Of a stretch of 55,993 nt of DNA, positions 1 through 8,796 are shown piece by piece. The notes under the pieces are model-generated. The model did no database searches and was not told the DNA's origin. It saw only the letters and a list, made by a program, of their open reading frames with translations. This stretch comes from Eubacteriales bacterium (lineage in GTDB: Bacteria > Bacillota > Clostridia > Oscillospirales > CAG-272): contig JBMNUI010000004.1 in assembly GCA_050946195.1 (NCBI GenBank), positions 1 to 55,993 of the forward strand, read 5' to 3'. Made by a program: the position numbers and the translations under genes. The number at the start of each line of letters is the position of its first letter. Positions within the stretch are counted from its first letter, which is position 1.

Positions 1-605
1 CCGGCCATGAAGGGGTTGTCCTCCGGCACGTTGGCGAAAACCACAAGTTTGGCGCAGGCTATCGAGCCACAGTCGCGGCTGAGATACGCCGCACGCCTGA
101 TTGTCTCCCCCATGCGGGAGATGGCGTCCATGTTGATGCCGGCCTTGGTGGTGGCGACATTGACCGACGAGCAGACCAGCTTGGTTTCTGATAGCGCCTC
201 GGGTATGACCGAGATGAGGTTTTCGGCGCCAACTGTAAATCCCTTATGTACCAGCGCCGAAAAACCGCCGATAAAGTTGATGCCTATCGCCCCGGCGGCA
301 CGGTCAAGAGTATGCGCGATCTTGAGGTAGCCCTCCGGCGATATGTTGCTGCCTACAAGCGATATCGGGGTAACCGATACCCGCTTGTTGACAATCGGGA
401 TTCCGTACTGCTTTTCGATTTCCTCGCCGACCGGCACCAGCCGGCACGCGGTGCGGGTTATTTTATCGTAAATTTTCTGACACAGACGGTCTGTGTCCTC
501 AGATACGCAGTCAAACAGGGATATCCCCATCGTGATGGTCCGGATATCCAGATTTTCCTGACGTATCATATTTATCGTTTCGAGAATATCAGACGTGTTA
601 AGCAT
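1..605 (-). CDS. PFL family / DUF711 (UPF0210) protein, partial (runs off the window start)
   Basis: Not in the ORF track. Manual translation from ATG at 605 gives MLNTSDILETINMIRQENLDIRTITMGISLFDC..., the characteristic DUF711 N-terminus. It lies directly downstream of the small ACT gene, its usual partner. Confidence 0.9.
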   Translation of the reverse strand, partial: MLNTSDILETINMIRQENLDIRTITMGISLFDCVSEDTDRLCQKIYDKITRTACRLVPVGEEIEKQYGIPIVNKRVSVTPISLVGSNISPEGYLKIAHTLDRAAGAIGINFIGGFSALVHKGFTVGAENLISVIPEALSETKLVCSSVNVATTKAGINMDAISRMGETIRRAAYLSRDCGSIACAKLVVFANVPEDNPFMA

Positions 606-624
606 ATAAAAGTTCCCGGCTTTC

Positions 625-894
625 CTATATACGATGCATTGAATTGAAAATATCCTCGTGCATAACGTGTATGTCGAGATTTTTGGCGCGCCCCAGCTCT
701 GCGAGCCTGTCGGCAAATTCAACAAAGGGGATTTTCAGTTTCTCAACATCGGCAAGCATGATCATGGCGAAATACTCGCCGAGCACGGTCTGTGATATGT
801 CGAGAATGTTCACGTCGTTTGCGGCACACTCGGTGCTGACCAGCGCGATAATGCCCACCGTGTCCTTACCTGTTACTGTGATTACTGCTTTCAT
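625..894 (-). CDS. ACT domain protein (UPF0237)
   Basis: MKAVITVTGKDTVGIIA...HEDIFNSMHRI; RBS GGAAGG upstream of ATG 894; paired with the DUF711 gene. Confidence 0.9.
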   Translation of the reverse strand: MKAVITVTGKDTVGIIALVSTECAANDVNILDISQTVLGEYFAMIMLADVEKLKIPFVEFADRLAELGRAKNLDIHVMHEDIFNSMHRI

Positions 895-925
895 AGCGGT
901 TCCTTCCAAAATAGACTGTGCCAGT

Positions 926-954
926 ATTATACAGCATTTCTTCATTATTTTCAA
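926..954 (-). promoter_or_regulatory. sigma-A promoter of the ACT-DUF711 operon
   Basis: TTGAAA-N17-TATAAT on the minus strand. Confidence 0.7.
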
Positions 955-1090
955 GTATCGGGGCGGCGGCAATATAAAAAATAGGCATCTTTGGTTGTTT
1001 TGCAGTCAAAAATATTGTATAATAATGTAGAAATAACAACCCCCGCCGACAGGCCGGGGAAAATCCTTCTTTATAGGTGAGTTTTGAAAC

Positions 1091-1633
1091 ATGAACGAGT
1101 TTACCTCATATGAGTTTACCGTCTCCCAAAAGTATGAGGGCAAGTATTTCTGGAGGCGGGTCGCCCTTATTGCAGCTTATGTTTTTTATGTTGTAGCCGC
1201 TTTTATAATAGGCGCCTTTGCCCGGCTTATAGCCCCTCTGCTTGCCTTCGTGCCGCTGAGCGTCTGGGTGCTGGTCTTTTTTACCTGGCGTTATGTGAAT
1301 GTGGATTACGAATACTCTATAATCTCGGGTATCTTGACATTTACCAAAGTATATGGAAACCGCTCTCGCAAAAAAATCACCGAAATCAAACTCAAGGACG
1401 CTTCTGCCATCGCCCCGCTTGACGACCGGCTGCAGAAAAGCCGGCTTGAAGCCTGGGGCGCCAAGCAGGTCTTTTCAGCTCTGTCCTCCTCCTCGGCTAA
1501 AGACGCTTACTTTATAACTTATGTAAACGAAAAAAACGAAAAATGCGCTTTCCTCTTCGAAGCAACCGAAAGAGCGCTCAAATTATGCAAATACTATAAC
1601 CCGTCAACAGTTATCACAACCGTGAGCCGCTGA
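1091..1633 (+). CDS. Membrane protein, DUF6106-like
   Basis: Two N-terminal TM helices, then YEYSIISGILTFTKVYGNRSRKK, the YEY...RK pattern of this clostridial family (recognised from memory). Confidence 0.6.
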   Translation: MNEFTSYEFTVSQKYEGKYFWRRVALIAAYVFYVVAAFIIGAFARLIAPLLAFVPLSVWVLVFFTWRYVNVDYEYSIISGILTFTKVYGNRSRKKITEIKLKDASAIAPLDDRLQKSRLEAWGAKQVFSALSSSSAKDAYFITYVNEKNEKCAFLFEATERALKLCKYYNPSTVITTVSR

Positions 1634-1636
1634 TGT

Positions 1637-1685
1637 CGGGGGCGCTGCCCCCGAACCCCGCTTTACTTGCAGGGCTCTGCCCGCA
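1637..1685 (+). repeat. Dispersed palindromic repeat, copy 1 (hairpin-1 module plus a degenerate second module)
   Basis: CGGGGGCGCTGCCCCCGAACCCCGC followed by AGGGCTCTGCCCGCA; matches copies at 5769, 18460, 22154, 31996 and 42053. Confidence 0.75.
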
Positions 1686-1695
1686 ATTTATTTTC

Positions 1696-1724
1696 TTGAC
1701 ACATCATAAAATCGCGGATATAAT
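1696..1724 (+). promoter_or_regulatory. sigma-A promoter of ymdB
   Basis: TTGACA-N17-TATAAT, perfect consensus. Confidence 0.8.
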
Positions 1725-1756
1725 AGTGTTGAAGTAATTATGAGATTGGATCAAAC

Positions 1757-2527
1757 ATGAACATTTTAGCGCTCGGCGACATCACCGGAACAGTCACGAT
1801 AAGGCACCTGCGCGAGAATCTCTGGCGGCAGAGAAGGGCACTCGGTGTGGATTTTGTTGTCGCAAACGGCGAGAACGCAAGCGAAATTCATGGTATCACA
1901 GCCGGGGATGCTCAGGTGCTGCTCGACTGCGGGGTTGACCTTATCACCACAGGAAACCATGTTTTCAGGAAAAGGGATATCGGGGAGCTGCTTGATATCT
2001 CGTGCAGCATAATCCGGCCGGCAAACTACCCGGCCGCCTGCCCCGGTACCGGCAGCGTAATCAGGCAGATCGACGGCTGGCGGCTTTTGTGCATGAATGT
2101 CATGGGGGTGGTTTATCTGGAGCCGCTCGCCTGTCCGTTTGAGACGGTCGAGCGGATTCTTGAGCGGGAGCGGGGGAACTATGACATCTCGCTGCTCGAT
2201 ATACATGCAGAAGCCACCTCTGAGAAGCAGGCGCTGGCCCGGTATTTCGACGGCCGAATAAATATTATCTTCGGCACGCACACACACGTACAGACCGCCG
2301 ACGAGCAGATACTTCCGGGAGGTACCGGGTATATAACCGACCTTGGCATGTCGGGTCCTGTCGGCGGGATACTCGGCACCGCGACAGAGCCGGTGATAGC
2401 GCGTTTCACCACCAAGATGCCGCAAAGGTTTTCGGTCGCCGGCGGGAATATTGAGGTCCGGGGAGCTCTTTTTGAGCTTGACCCGGCTTCCGGGAGGGTT
2501 TCCTCGGTCAGCAGGGTACAGTTTTAG
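1757..2527 (+). CDS. ymdB: YmdB-family metallophosphoesterase (2',3'-cyclic nucleotide phosphodiesterase)
   Basis: Motifs GDITG, ANGEN, TGNH, RPANYP, DIHAEATSEK, GTHTHVQTADE, TDLGM. Confidence 0.92.
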   Translation: MNILALGDITGTVTIRHLRENLWRQRRALGVDFVVANGENASEIHGITAGDAQVLLDCGVDLITTGNHVFRKRDIGELLDISCSIIRPANYPAACPGTGSVIRQIDGWRLLCMNVMGVVYLEPLACPFETVERILERERGNYDISLLDIHAEATSEKQALARYFDGRINIIFGTHTHVQTADEQILPGGTGYITDLGMSGPVGGILGTATEPVIARFTTKMPQRFSVAGGNIEVRGALFELDPASGRVSSVSRVQF

Positions 2528-2634
2528 ACAAATTCGACCGGCCTGTTGGAAAAACAACAGAGCCGCCCGCTCTGTTCGGGTATACTATAACTGCATGATG
2601 TTTGATAATATCACAGAAAGGAGCGGCAGGAATA

Positions 2635-2952
2635 ATGGTTGAAAAGGTCTACAGGCTGGCACACGGCGACTCAAAGATTATCGAGAAGGTTTTGTTTGAT
2701 GAGAATATTCACTATATTCACATGATTCTGAACAAAGCCGAGGGTCCGCCGGTTCATTATTCAAACTCAAACGTGTATATGACGGTTGTCCGGGGGATTC
2801 TTTCAATCGGGCTCGACGATGCCGGGCCGAGAAAGTACCCAGCAGGAACGCTGCTCAAAATACCGCAAGGCACAAAGATGGATATTAAAAATCAACACGA
2901 TATGACATTGGAACTGATTGTTGTCAAGGCACCTGCGCCGGGAAAACCTTGA
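2635..2952 (+). CDS. Cupin domain protein upstream of hcp
   Basis: P.HYSNSNVYMTVVRG...GTLLKIP..TKM...N...LELIVVKAP cupin pattern; RBS AAAGGAG before ATG 2635. Confidence 0.8.
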   Translation: MVEKVYRLAHGDSKIIEKVLFDENIHYIHMILNKAEGPPVHYSNSNVYMTVVRGILSIGLDDAGPRKYPAGTLLKIPQGTKMDIKNQHDMTLELIVVKAPAPGKP

Positions 2953-2978
2953 TTTTAAAATAATCTGGAGGTTACTTT

Positions 2979-4610
2979 ATGAGCATGTTTTGTTATCAGT
3001 GTCAGGAAACCGCCGGTGGAAAGGGCTGTACAGTGCGCGGTGTATGCGGGAAAACCGAGGAGGTCGCAAAGCTTCAGGATTTGTTGATTTACACCATCAA
3101 GGGCATAGCCGATATTGTCGTCAAGGGTGGCATTGACGTCGGCAGCCTCGGGAAGCTCAACCGCGAGGTGCTGACCAGCCTGTTTATGACTATTACAAAC
3201 GTCAACTTCGACCCCGATGCCATAGAGCGTCAGATAAGAAAAATGCTTGATGCGAGGGACGAGCTGAGAGGGTCGATAGACTCTTCGGGCCTGCATGACG
3301 CCGCCACATTTACGGCAGACTCGCGGGACGAGATGCTTGAAATTGCATCCTCGGCTGGTGTACTCGCCATCGAGGATGAGGATATCCGCTCGCTGTCCCA
3401 GATTATTACATACGGAATCAAGGGCATTGCGGCATATGCCGAACACGCCGCAAATATCGGCAGGGAGGACACCGATATTTATGCCTTTATTTATGAAGCG
3501 CTGGCAAAGACGCTCGATGAAACAAGCACGGTCGACGACCTCGTAGCCCTGACTCTTAAGACCGGCGAGTACGGGGTTCGGGTAATGGCCCTGCTTGATG
3601 CGGCCAACACCTCAAGATTCGGAGACCCCAAGATTACCGAGGTCAACATCGGTGTTCGGAAAAACCCCGCCATTCTTATCTCGGGACATGACCTGACCGA
3701 CCTTGAGCAGTTGCTTGAGCAGACTCAGGGGGCCGGTGTCGACGTCTACACACACGGCGAGATGCTGCCCGCGCATTACTACCCGGCGTTTAAAAAATAT
3801 GAGAATTTCGTCGGGAACTACGGAAACTCGTGGTGGCGGCAGCTTGAGGAGTTTGTGTCCTTCCGCGGCCCGATAATATTCACCACAAACTGCATCGTGC
3901 CGCCGAGGAGCGAGGAGGTCAGGAGCAGAATCTTTACCACAGGCTCCGCGGGGTATCCGGGCTGCAAACACATAGCCGCCGACAAGAACGGCAAAAAGGA
4001 CTTTTCGGAGGTCATCGCGCTGGCAAAGACCCTGCCCGCCCCAGAGGAAATCGAGACCGGCAGCATCACCGGCGGGTTTGCCCACCGGCAGGTTGTAGCG
4101 CTGGCCGATAAAGTGGTTGAGGCCGTAAAGTCGGGCGCAATCAAGAAGTTCTTTGTCATGGCAGGCTGCGACGGGCGGATTAAGTCGAGAGAGTATTACA
4201 CCGAATTTGCCAAAAAACTGCCGCAGAACACCGTAATTCTCACCGCGGGCTGCGCAAAATACCGCTACAACAAGCTCTCGTTGGGGGATATCGGAGGAAT
4301 TCCGCGGGTGCTTGATGCCGGTCAGTGCAACGATTCGTATTCACTTGTGGTTATTGCACAGAAATTAAAGGAGGTATTTGGGCTGGACGACATAAACAAG
4401 TTACCAATAGTCTTCAACATTGCTTGGTATGAACAGAAAGCGGTTATTGTGCTTCTTGCGTTGCTCTATCTGGGGGTGAAGAACATCCATTTAGGGCCGA
4501 CGCATCCGGGTTTCCTGTCGCCTGCGGTCGGCAGGATGCTGGTCGATAAATTCGGACTGGCAAAAATCGGCACAGCAGACGCTGATATCGAGCTTTTTAT
4601 GGCCAACTGA
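2979..4610 (+). CDS. hcp: Hydroxylamine reductase / hybrid cluster protein (class I)
   Basis: N-terminal CYQC-x8-C-x5-C; motifs [41 protein letters not shown]. Confidence 0.97.
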   Translation: MSMFCYQCQETAGGKGCTVRGVCGKTEEVAKLQDLLIYTIKGIADIVVKGGIDVGSLGKLNREVLTSLFMTITNVNFDPDAIERQIRKMLDARDELRGSIDSSGLHDAATFTADSRDEMLEIASSAGVLAIEDEDIRSLSQIITYGIKGIAAYAEHAANIGREDTDIYAFIYEALAKTLDETSTVDDLVALTLKTGEYGVRVMALLDAANTSRFGDPKITEVNIGVRKNPAILISGHDLTDLEQLLEQTQGAGVDVYTHGEMLPAHYYPAFKKYENFVGNYGNSWWRQLEEFVSFRGPIIFTTNCIVPPRSEEVRSRIFTTGSAGYPGCKHIAADKNGKKDFSEVIALAKTLPAPEEIETGSITGGFAHRQVVALADKVVEAVKSGAIKKFFVMAGCDGRIKSREYYTEFAKKLPQNTVILTAGCAKYRYNKLSLGDIGGIPRVLDAGQCNDSYSLVVIAQKLKEVFGLDDINKLPIVFNIAWYEQKAVIVLLALLYLGVKNIHLGPTHPGFLSPAVGRMLVDKFGLAKIGTADADIELFMAN

Positions 4611-4615
4611 TACAA

Positions 4616-4656
4616 AACAGAATCCCGCCGTTGTGAAAACGGCGGGATTCTGTTTC
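4616..4656 (+). terminator. Intrinsic terminator after hcp
   Basis: AAACAGAATCCCGCCGTT-gtgaa-AACGGCGGGATTCTGTTT inverted repeat. Confidence 0.85.
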
Positions 4657-4772
4657 AATACCCCCATGCACCGGGCATACCCTTTTCCAAAGTCAACCGT
4701 AAGATGATGGTAGCAGTGCGCGGGATATGATACCCGTGCTGCTTTATTAGTGTTGCGGAGCCCCACAAATCT

Positions 4773-5657
4773 TTACTCTCTGTTTTCGATTATCTCCTGT
4801 CCGGTCGCACGGTATTTGGCCGGGGTGACTCCGGTTGCCTTGGTGAACACGCGGATGAAATACGAGGTGCTGTTAAACCCGCAGGCAAAGGCGGTCTCGG
4901 TCACGCCCCTGCCTTCTTTGAGCATCATTTTGCTCCGGCTTATCCGCACGCTGCGGATATAGTCATGCACGGTAAAGCCGGTATACCGTCGGAAGACCCG
5001 GGTCAGGTAGTCCTTGTTGATGTAAAAATGGCTGGCAATCTCGTCAAGACCTGAGAGCGTCCGGTAATTCTTGCGGACGTATCTTATAACATCATATATT
5101 ATGTTAGGCATATCTGGCGGGCCGAACAGCTCGGAATTGTTGTCCGGGTGTCCGGCCTCGTTGTTGATAAATATCAAAAGTTCGGCAAGCCGACCGAGCA
5201 CGGTAAGCGGCGGCAGCTCTGAGCCGGGGTCGGTGCATTGCTTGATATCCTCAAGCAGCTCCTTCAGTTTATCCCTGCTCTCCGGCGGGATTCTGAGCAG
5301 GTTTATCTCCGCAAACCGCTCGTCCATAAATATGCCGAGCGTCGACTTGTTTCCCCCTTCAATCCACGAAAAAGCGTCCTGGGGAATCCAGACTGCGTAT
5401 CTCTCATATACCGAGTCTTCGGCAGCCAGCGCATAGTGCGGCTCCCCGGCGCGGCAGAAAAAGATGTCCCCGAAGCCGAGCTTATATGTCTTCCGGCCGG
5501 CAAAGTGCAGCATGCGTCCCGACAGGATAATGCAGATCTCCATGAAGGCATGCTCGTGCATGTGGTCGTAATAGGTCTCGGGCGACACCTTTTCCTTTGC
5601 ATACCTGATTTTTATAGGATAGTTGCCGGTGAGATTTAGCACCACATGCTGCCTCAT
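4773..5657 (-). CDS. AraC-family transcriptional regulator (cupin sensor + HTH)
   Basis: HMHEHAFMEI cupin motif; C-terminal L..IA..FYI...YL.R.F...TG and AFACGFNSTSYFIRVF; RBS GGAGG before ATG 5657. Confidence 0.92.
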   Translation of the reverse strand: MRQHVVLNLTGNYPIKIRYAKEKVSPETYYDHMHEHAFMEICIILSGRMLHFAGRKTYKLGFGDIFFCRAGEPHYALAAEDSVYERYAVWIPQDAFSWIEGGNKSTLGIFMDERFAEINLLRIPPESRDKLKELLEDIKQCTDPGSELPPLTVLGRLAELLIFINNEAGHPDNNSELFGPPDMPNIIYDVIRYVRKNYRTLSGLDEIASHFYINKDYLTRVFRRYTGFTVHDYIRSVRISRSKMMLKEGRGVTETAFACGFNSTSYFIRVFTKATGVTPAKYRATGQEIIENRE

Positions 5658-5690
5658 ATCCCGCCCCTCCTGCGCAATGTTCTCTGATTT

Positions 5691-5719
5691 ATCATACCAC
5701 TCCCGCGCTGCCCTGTCAA
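5691..5719 (-). promoter_or_regulatory. sigma-A promoter of the AraC gene
   Basis: TTGACA-N17-TATGAT with extended TG. Confidence 0.7.
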
Positions 5720-5768
5720 TTGTCCGGCTGACTTTTCGGGATCCACCACCCGACCCCAAAGAAGGCGG

Positions 5769-5835
5769 CGGGGCTCTGCCCCGCACCCTGCTCAAGCCCC
5801 TTTTGGAAAAGGGTTTTAAAAATCTCCAAAACTTT
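5769..5835 (+). repeat. Dispersed palindromic repeat, copy 2 (complete)
   Basis: CGGGGCTCTGCCCCGCACCCTGC-TCAAGCCCCTTTTGGAAAAGGGTTTTAAA-AATCTCCAAAACTTT. Confidence 0.8.
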
Positions 5836-5971
5836 CTCATCCGAAAGCCAGGGTAGCCCAATTCTTGTGCGGAAAGTCGTAAAAGTTAAATTTTTGGTAG
5901 TAAATTTTATATATTGCGGGGCATGAAGCATTGTATAATAAAAATAAAATCAAACTTGTTTGGAGAATGGC

Positions 5972-7252
5972 ATGTCAAAGGTAATGTATTCAAAAACCCT
6001 CAATTCCCTTGGCGAATATGATGTTGCGGTGCTCGGCGGCGGTCCGGCGGGCGTGTGCGCGGCAATTGAAGCGGCCCGATGCGGGCGGCGGGTGCTGCTT
6101 GTAGAGGCGACAGGCATGCTCGGCGGAATGGCAACCGCCGGACTGGTAGGCCCCTTTATGACCTGCTATGACCGCGACGGGGACGAGCAGGTAATAAAGG
6201 GGCTTTTTGATGAAATTGTCGACCGGGTGGTGGAGATGTCGGGCGCGGTCAGCCCCGATAAAACCGACTCTCCCAGCCGCTGGACCTCATATATAAAAAA
6301 ATATCACCGGCGTGTGACCCCGTTTGATTCCTTCATCCTTCAGCTTGTGCTTGACAGGATGGTAAAAGAGGCCGGCGTACATACGTTTTTGTATACAAGG
6401 TATGTCGACAGCATTTGTACTGACGGCAAGATCGACAGCATTGTATTGGCGGCCCCGCAGGGGCTTGTCGCGGCGCGCGCCGGAGTTTATATCGACTGCA
6501 CGGGGAATGCCGACGTGGCGGCGGCCTCGGGGGTGCCGACCTGGAAGGGGAGCGAGAAAGGCTATCCCCCGCAGCCCGCCACATTGTTCTTTGAGGTCGA
6601 CAATGTCAACGACCGGAACTACACCGCAAGGCCTCCGCGGCCGGTCAAGGCCTACCAAAAGCCGCTTGCCGGCAGCTATAAAGTCAACCATGACCGCGTG
6701 TACGGGGTCGATGCCACAGACGCCCTGAGCATGACCGAGGCGCACATGAAGGGACGCGAGCAGGTGCTTGAATCATATGAGAAGCTGCTCGCGACCCCCG
6801 GCTTTGGTAACTGCCGGATAACCCAGATTGCCCCGGTCATAGGAGTCCGCGAGAGCAGGCATATTCAGGGGCTGTATATGCTGACTGTCAAAGATCTTGG
6901 CGAAGGCCGGATATTTGAGGATGCTATAGCCTGCTGCGGCTACGGAATGGATGTTCACAGCCGCGACGGGAAGATGAGCGGAGGCTTTCACGGCGAGGTG
7001 GCCAAGGTATACACGATACCCTATCGCTGCATGGTCCCGGTAGGCTGCTCGAATCTGCTTGTGGCCGGTAAAACCATATGCGCTGAGTCACAGGCGGCCG
7101 GCAGCTTTCGCATAATGCCGGGCTGCATGGCGCTCGGCCAGGCGGCGGGGGCCGCCGCGGCGCTTGCCTGCGAGGGCGGTATTTTGCCCGGGCAGGTTGA
7201 CACCGCCCGTCTGCGTGAACTGCTGAAAAAGCACGGGGCGTATATTATCTAA
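5972..7252 (+). CDS. FAD-dependent oxidoreductase (FAD_oxidored family)
   Basis: YDVAVLGGGPAG, GGMATAG, IDCTGNADVA, GVRESRHI, YTIPYRCMVP..NLLVAG, C...GQAAGAAAA. Confidence 0.9.
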   Translation: MSKVMYSKTLNSLGEYDVAVLGGGPAGVCAAIEAARCGRRVLLVEATGMLGGMATAGLVGPFMTCYDRDGDEQVIKGLFDEIVDRVVEMSGAVSPDKTDSPSRWTSYIKKYHRRVTPFDSFILQLVLDRMVKEAGVHTFLYTRYVDSICTDGKIDSIVLAAPQGLVAARAGVYIDCTGNADVAAASGVPTWKGSEKGYPPQPATLFFEVDNVNDRNYTARPPRPVKAYQKPLAGSYKVNHDRVYGVDATDALSMTEAHMKGREQVLESYEKLLATPGFGNCRITQIAPVIGVRESRHIQGLYMLTVKDLGEGRIFEDAIACCGYGMDVHSRDGKMSGGFHGEVAKVYTIPYRCMVPVGCSNLLVAGKTICAESQAAGSFRIMPGCMALGQAAGAAAALACEGGILPGQVDTARLRELLKKHGAYII

Positions 7253-7307
7253 GGGTCGGCATGGAAAACTTAATATAAAACGGTTCTGCCGAAAGAGGGG
7301 GGTTGAC

Positions 7308-8774
7308 ATGAAAACCAAAATAAGAGTGATTAGTTTTATACTTATGCTGGGACTTGTGGTATTGGCCTTGTCGGCGTGTACCAACAGCGGAGAGGGGGAG
7401 GAAACCACCACTGCCGGAACACAGCCCGGGGAGTCCAATACCGGTGGCGAGACCACCGCAAGGAACAGCCTGCCGCCCGGCCTCGACTTCGGGGGCGCCG
7501 AGGTCAAAATTCTTTACTGGAGTGACGCTAATAACGAAGAGTTCAACATCCCGGAGCAGACCGGCTCCCTTATATACGACGCTGTTTGGAAGCGTGACCT
7601 CAATGTTCAGCAGAGCCTTAACGTCAAATTCAACTGGAACGGTCAGCCCGGGAACAAATCCCAGCTCGCGAATTTCCAGCGCTATGTTCAGAACAGCGTG
7701 CAGGCGGGGGATAAAAACATCGAGATAATCGCGGTCCACAGCATGGTCATGGGGGCGCTTGCCGCCTCGGGGCTTATGCAGAACCTGCTCGACACCGAAT
7801 ACCTCGACTTTGAGATGCCCTGGTGGCCCGACGACCTTATCGAAAACTCGACGATTCGGGACCGGTTGTATTTTGCCTCGGGCGACATTTCGCTCAACAC
7901 CCTGCTCGGGATGATAGGTCTGTTTTTCAACAAGGAAATGGTGCGGAATGATTATTATGCCTATGTCGACGCCGGGACGTGGACGCTTGACAGGATGCTT
8001 GCCGAGAGCGAGAATTTTTACCGCGACAACAACGGCAGCCAGTCCAAGGACAAAGACGACACATATGCGTATGTGACCTATTCGGGAATGATAAACCCCC
8101 TGTTTGTCGGGTCGGGAATCCGCTTTGTAACCAAGACCGCCGACGGGGATGTTGCGGTGTCCGAGACCTATGCCTCGGAAAAAACCCAGGGGCTGCTTCA
8201 GAAGGTCATATACAACCTTTACGATAAGAACGACTGGATTTACTTCCCGAATATCGACGATTGCACCGACGTGTTTGTCGCGGGAAGGTCGCTGTTTTAT
8301 ATGGCCTCTGTGCGCCTGACCCTTAATGCGCTGGTCGATGTCGAGGGACTTAAGTACGGAATTCTGCCCAATCCGAAATACAACGAGGAGCAGGAGTCCT
8401 ATTACACCCTCATGGCGAACACATACTCGATGTACGGCATATGCGTGTCGGTTCTTGACACCGATATTCAGAGCGCGGTGATTGAGGCTATGGCAAGCGA
8501 AGGCTATTACGAGGTCACCCCGGCGGTGTTCGAGACGGCGCTGAAGGTGCGCTACTCGAATGACGACAACGACTCACGCATGTTTGACATACTAAGAGAG
8601 ACTTCAATCTTTGAAATCGGCCTGATTTTCAGCGACCAGCTCGGCAAAATCCCGAGCACCGGGCTCTTCAGCCGCGTAGACAATCGCAGCTCTGATTGGA
8701 TGTCCTATATGAAGTCTCAGGAAAAGAGCCTGAATAATTACCTCAGAATTCTGAACAGCTCATTTAGCAAATGA
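7308..8774 (+). CDS. Extracellular solute-binding lipoprotein (family 1-like)
   Basis: Lipobox LSAC, Thr-rich tether, and YLDFEMPWW, GTWTLD, YGILPNPKYNEEQ motifs typical of clostridial sugar-type SBPs. Confidence 0.75.
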   Translation: MKTKIRVISFILMLGLVVLALSACTNSGEGEETTTAGTQPGESNTGGETTARNSLPPGLDFGGAEVKILYWSDANNEEFNIPEQTGSLIYDAVWKRDLNVQQSLNVKFNWNGQPGNKSQLANFQRYVQNSVQAGDKNIEIIAVHSMVMGALAASGLMQNLLDTEYLDFEMPWWPDDLIENSTIRDRLYFASGDISLNTLLGMIGLFFNKEMVRNDYYAYVDAGTWTLDRMLAESENFYRDNNGSQSKDKDDTYAYVTYSGMINPLFVGSGIRFVTKTADGDVAVSETYASEKTQGLLQKVIYNLYDKNDWIYFPNIDDCTDVFVAGRSLFYMASVRLTLNALVDVEGLKYGILPNPKYNEEQESYYTLMANTYSMYGICVSVLDTDIQSAVIEAMASEGYYEVTPAVFETALKVRYSNDDNDSRMFDILRETSIFEIGLIFSDQLGKIPSTGLFSRVDNRSSDWMSYMKSQEKSLNNYLRILNSSFSK

Positions 8775-8796
8775 AAACAATAAAGGAGAAAAAACC

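Noticed and set aside
7-647. Plus-strand ORFs 7-330 and 246-647
   Set aside because: Antisense shadows of the minus-strand DUF711 gene. The same applies to the many shadow ORFs over murC, ftsH, infB, the ABC genes and others.
5658-5861. N-terminal extension of the AraC ORF (start 5861)
   Set aside because: It reads through repeat copy 2 and the promoter; the RBS and promoter support ATG 5657.
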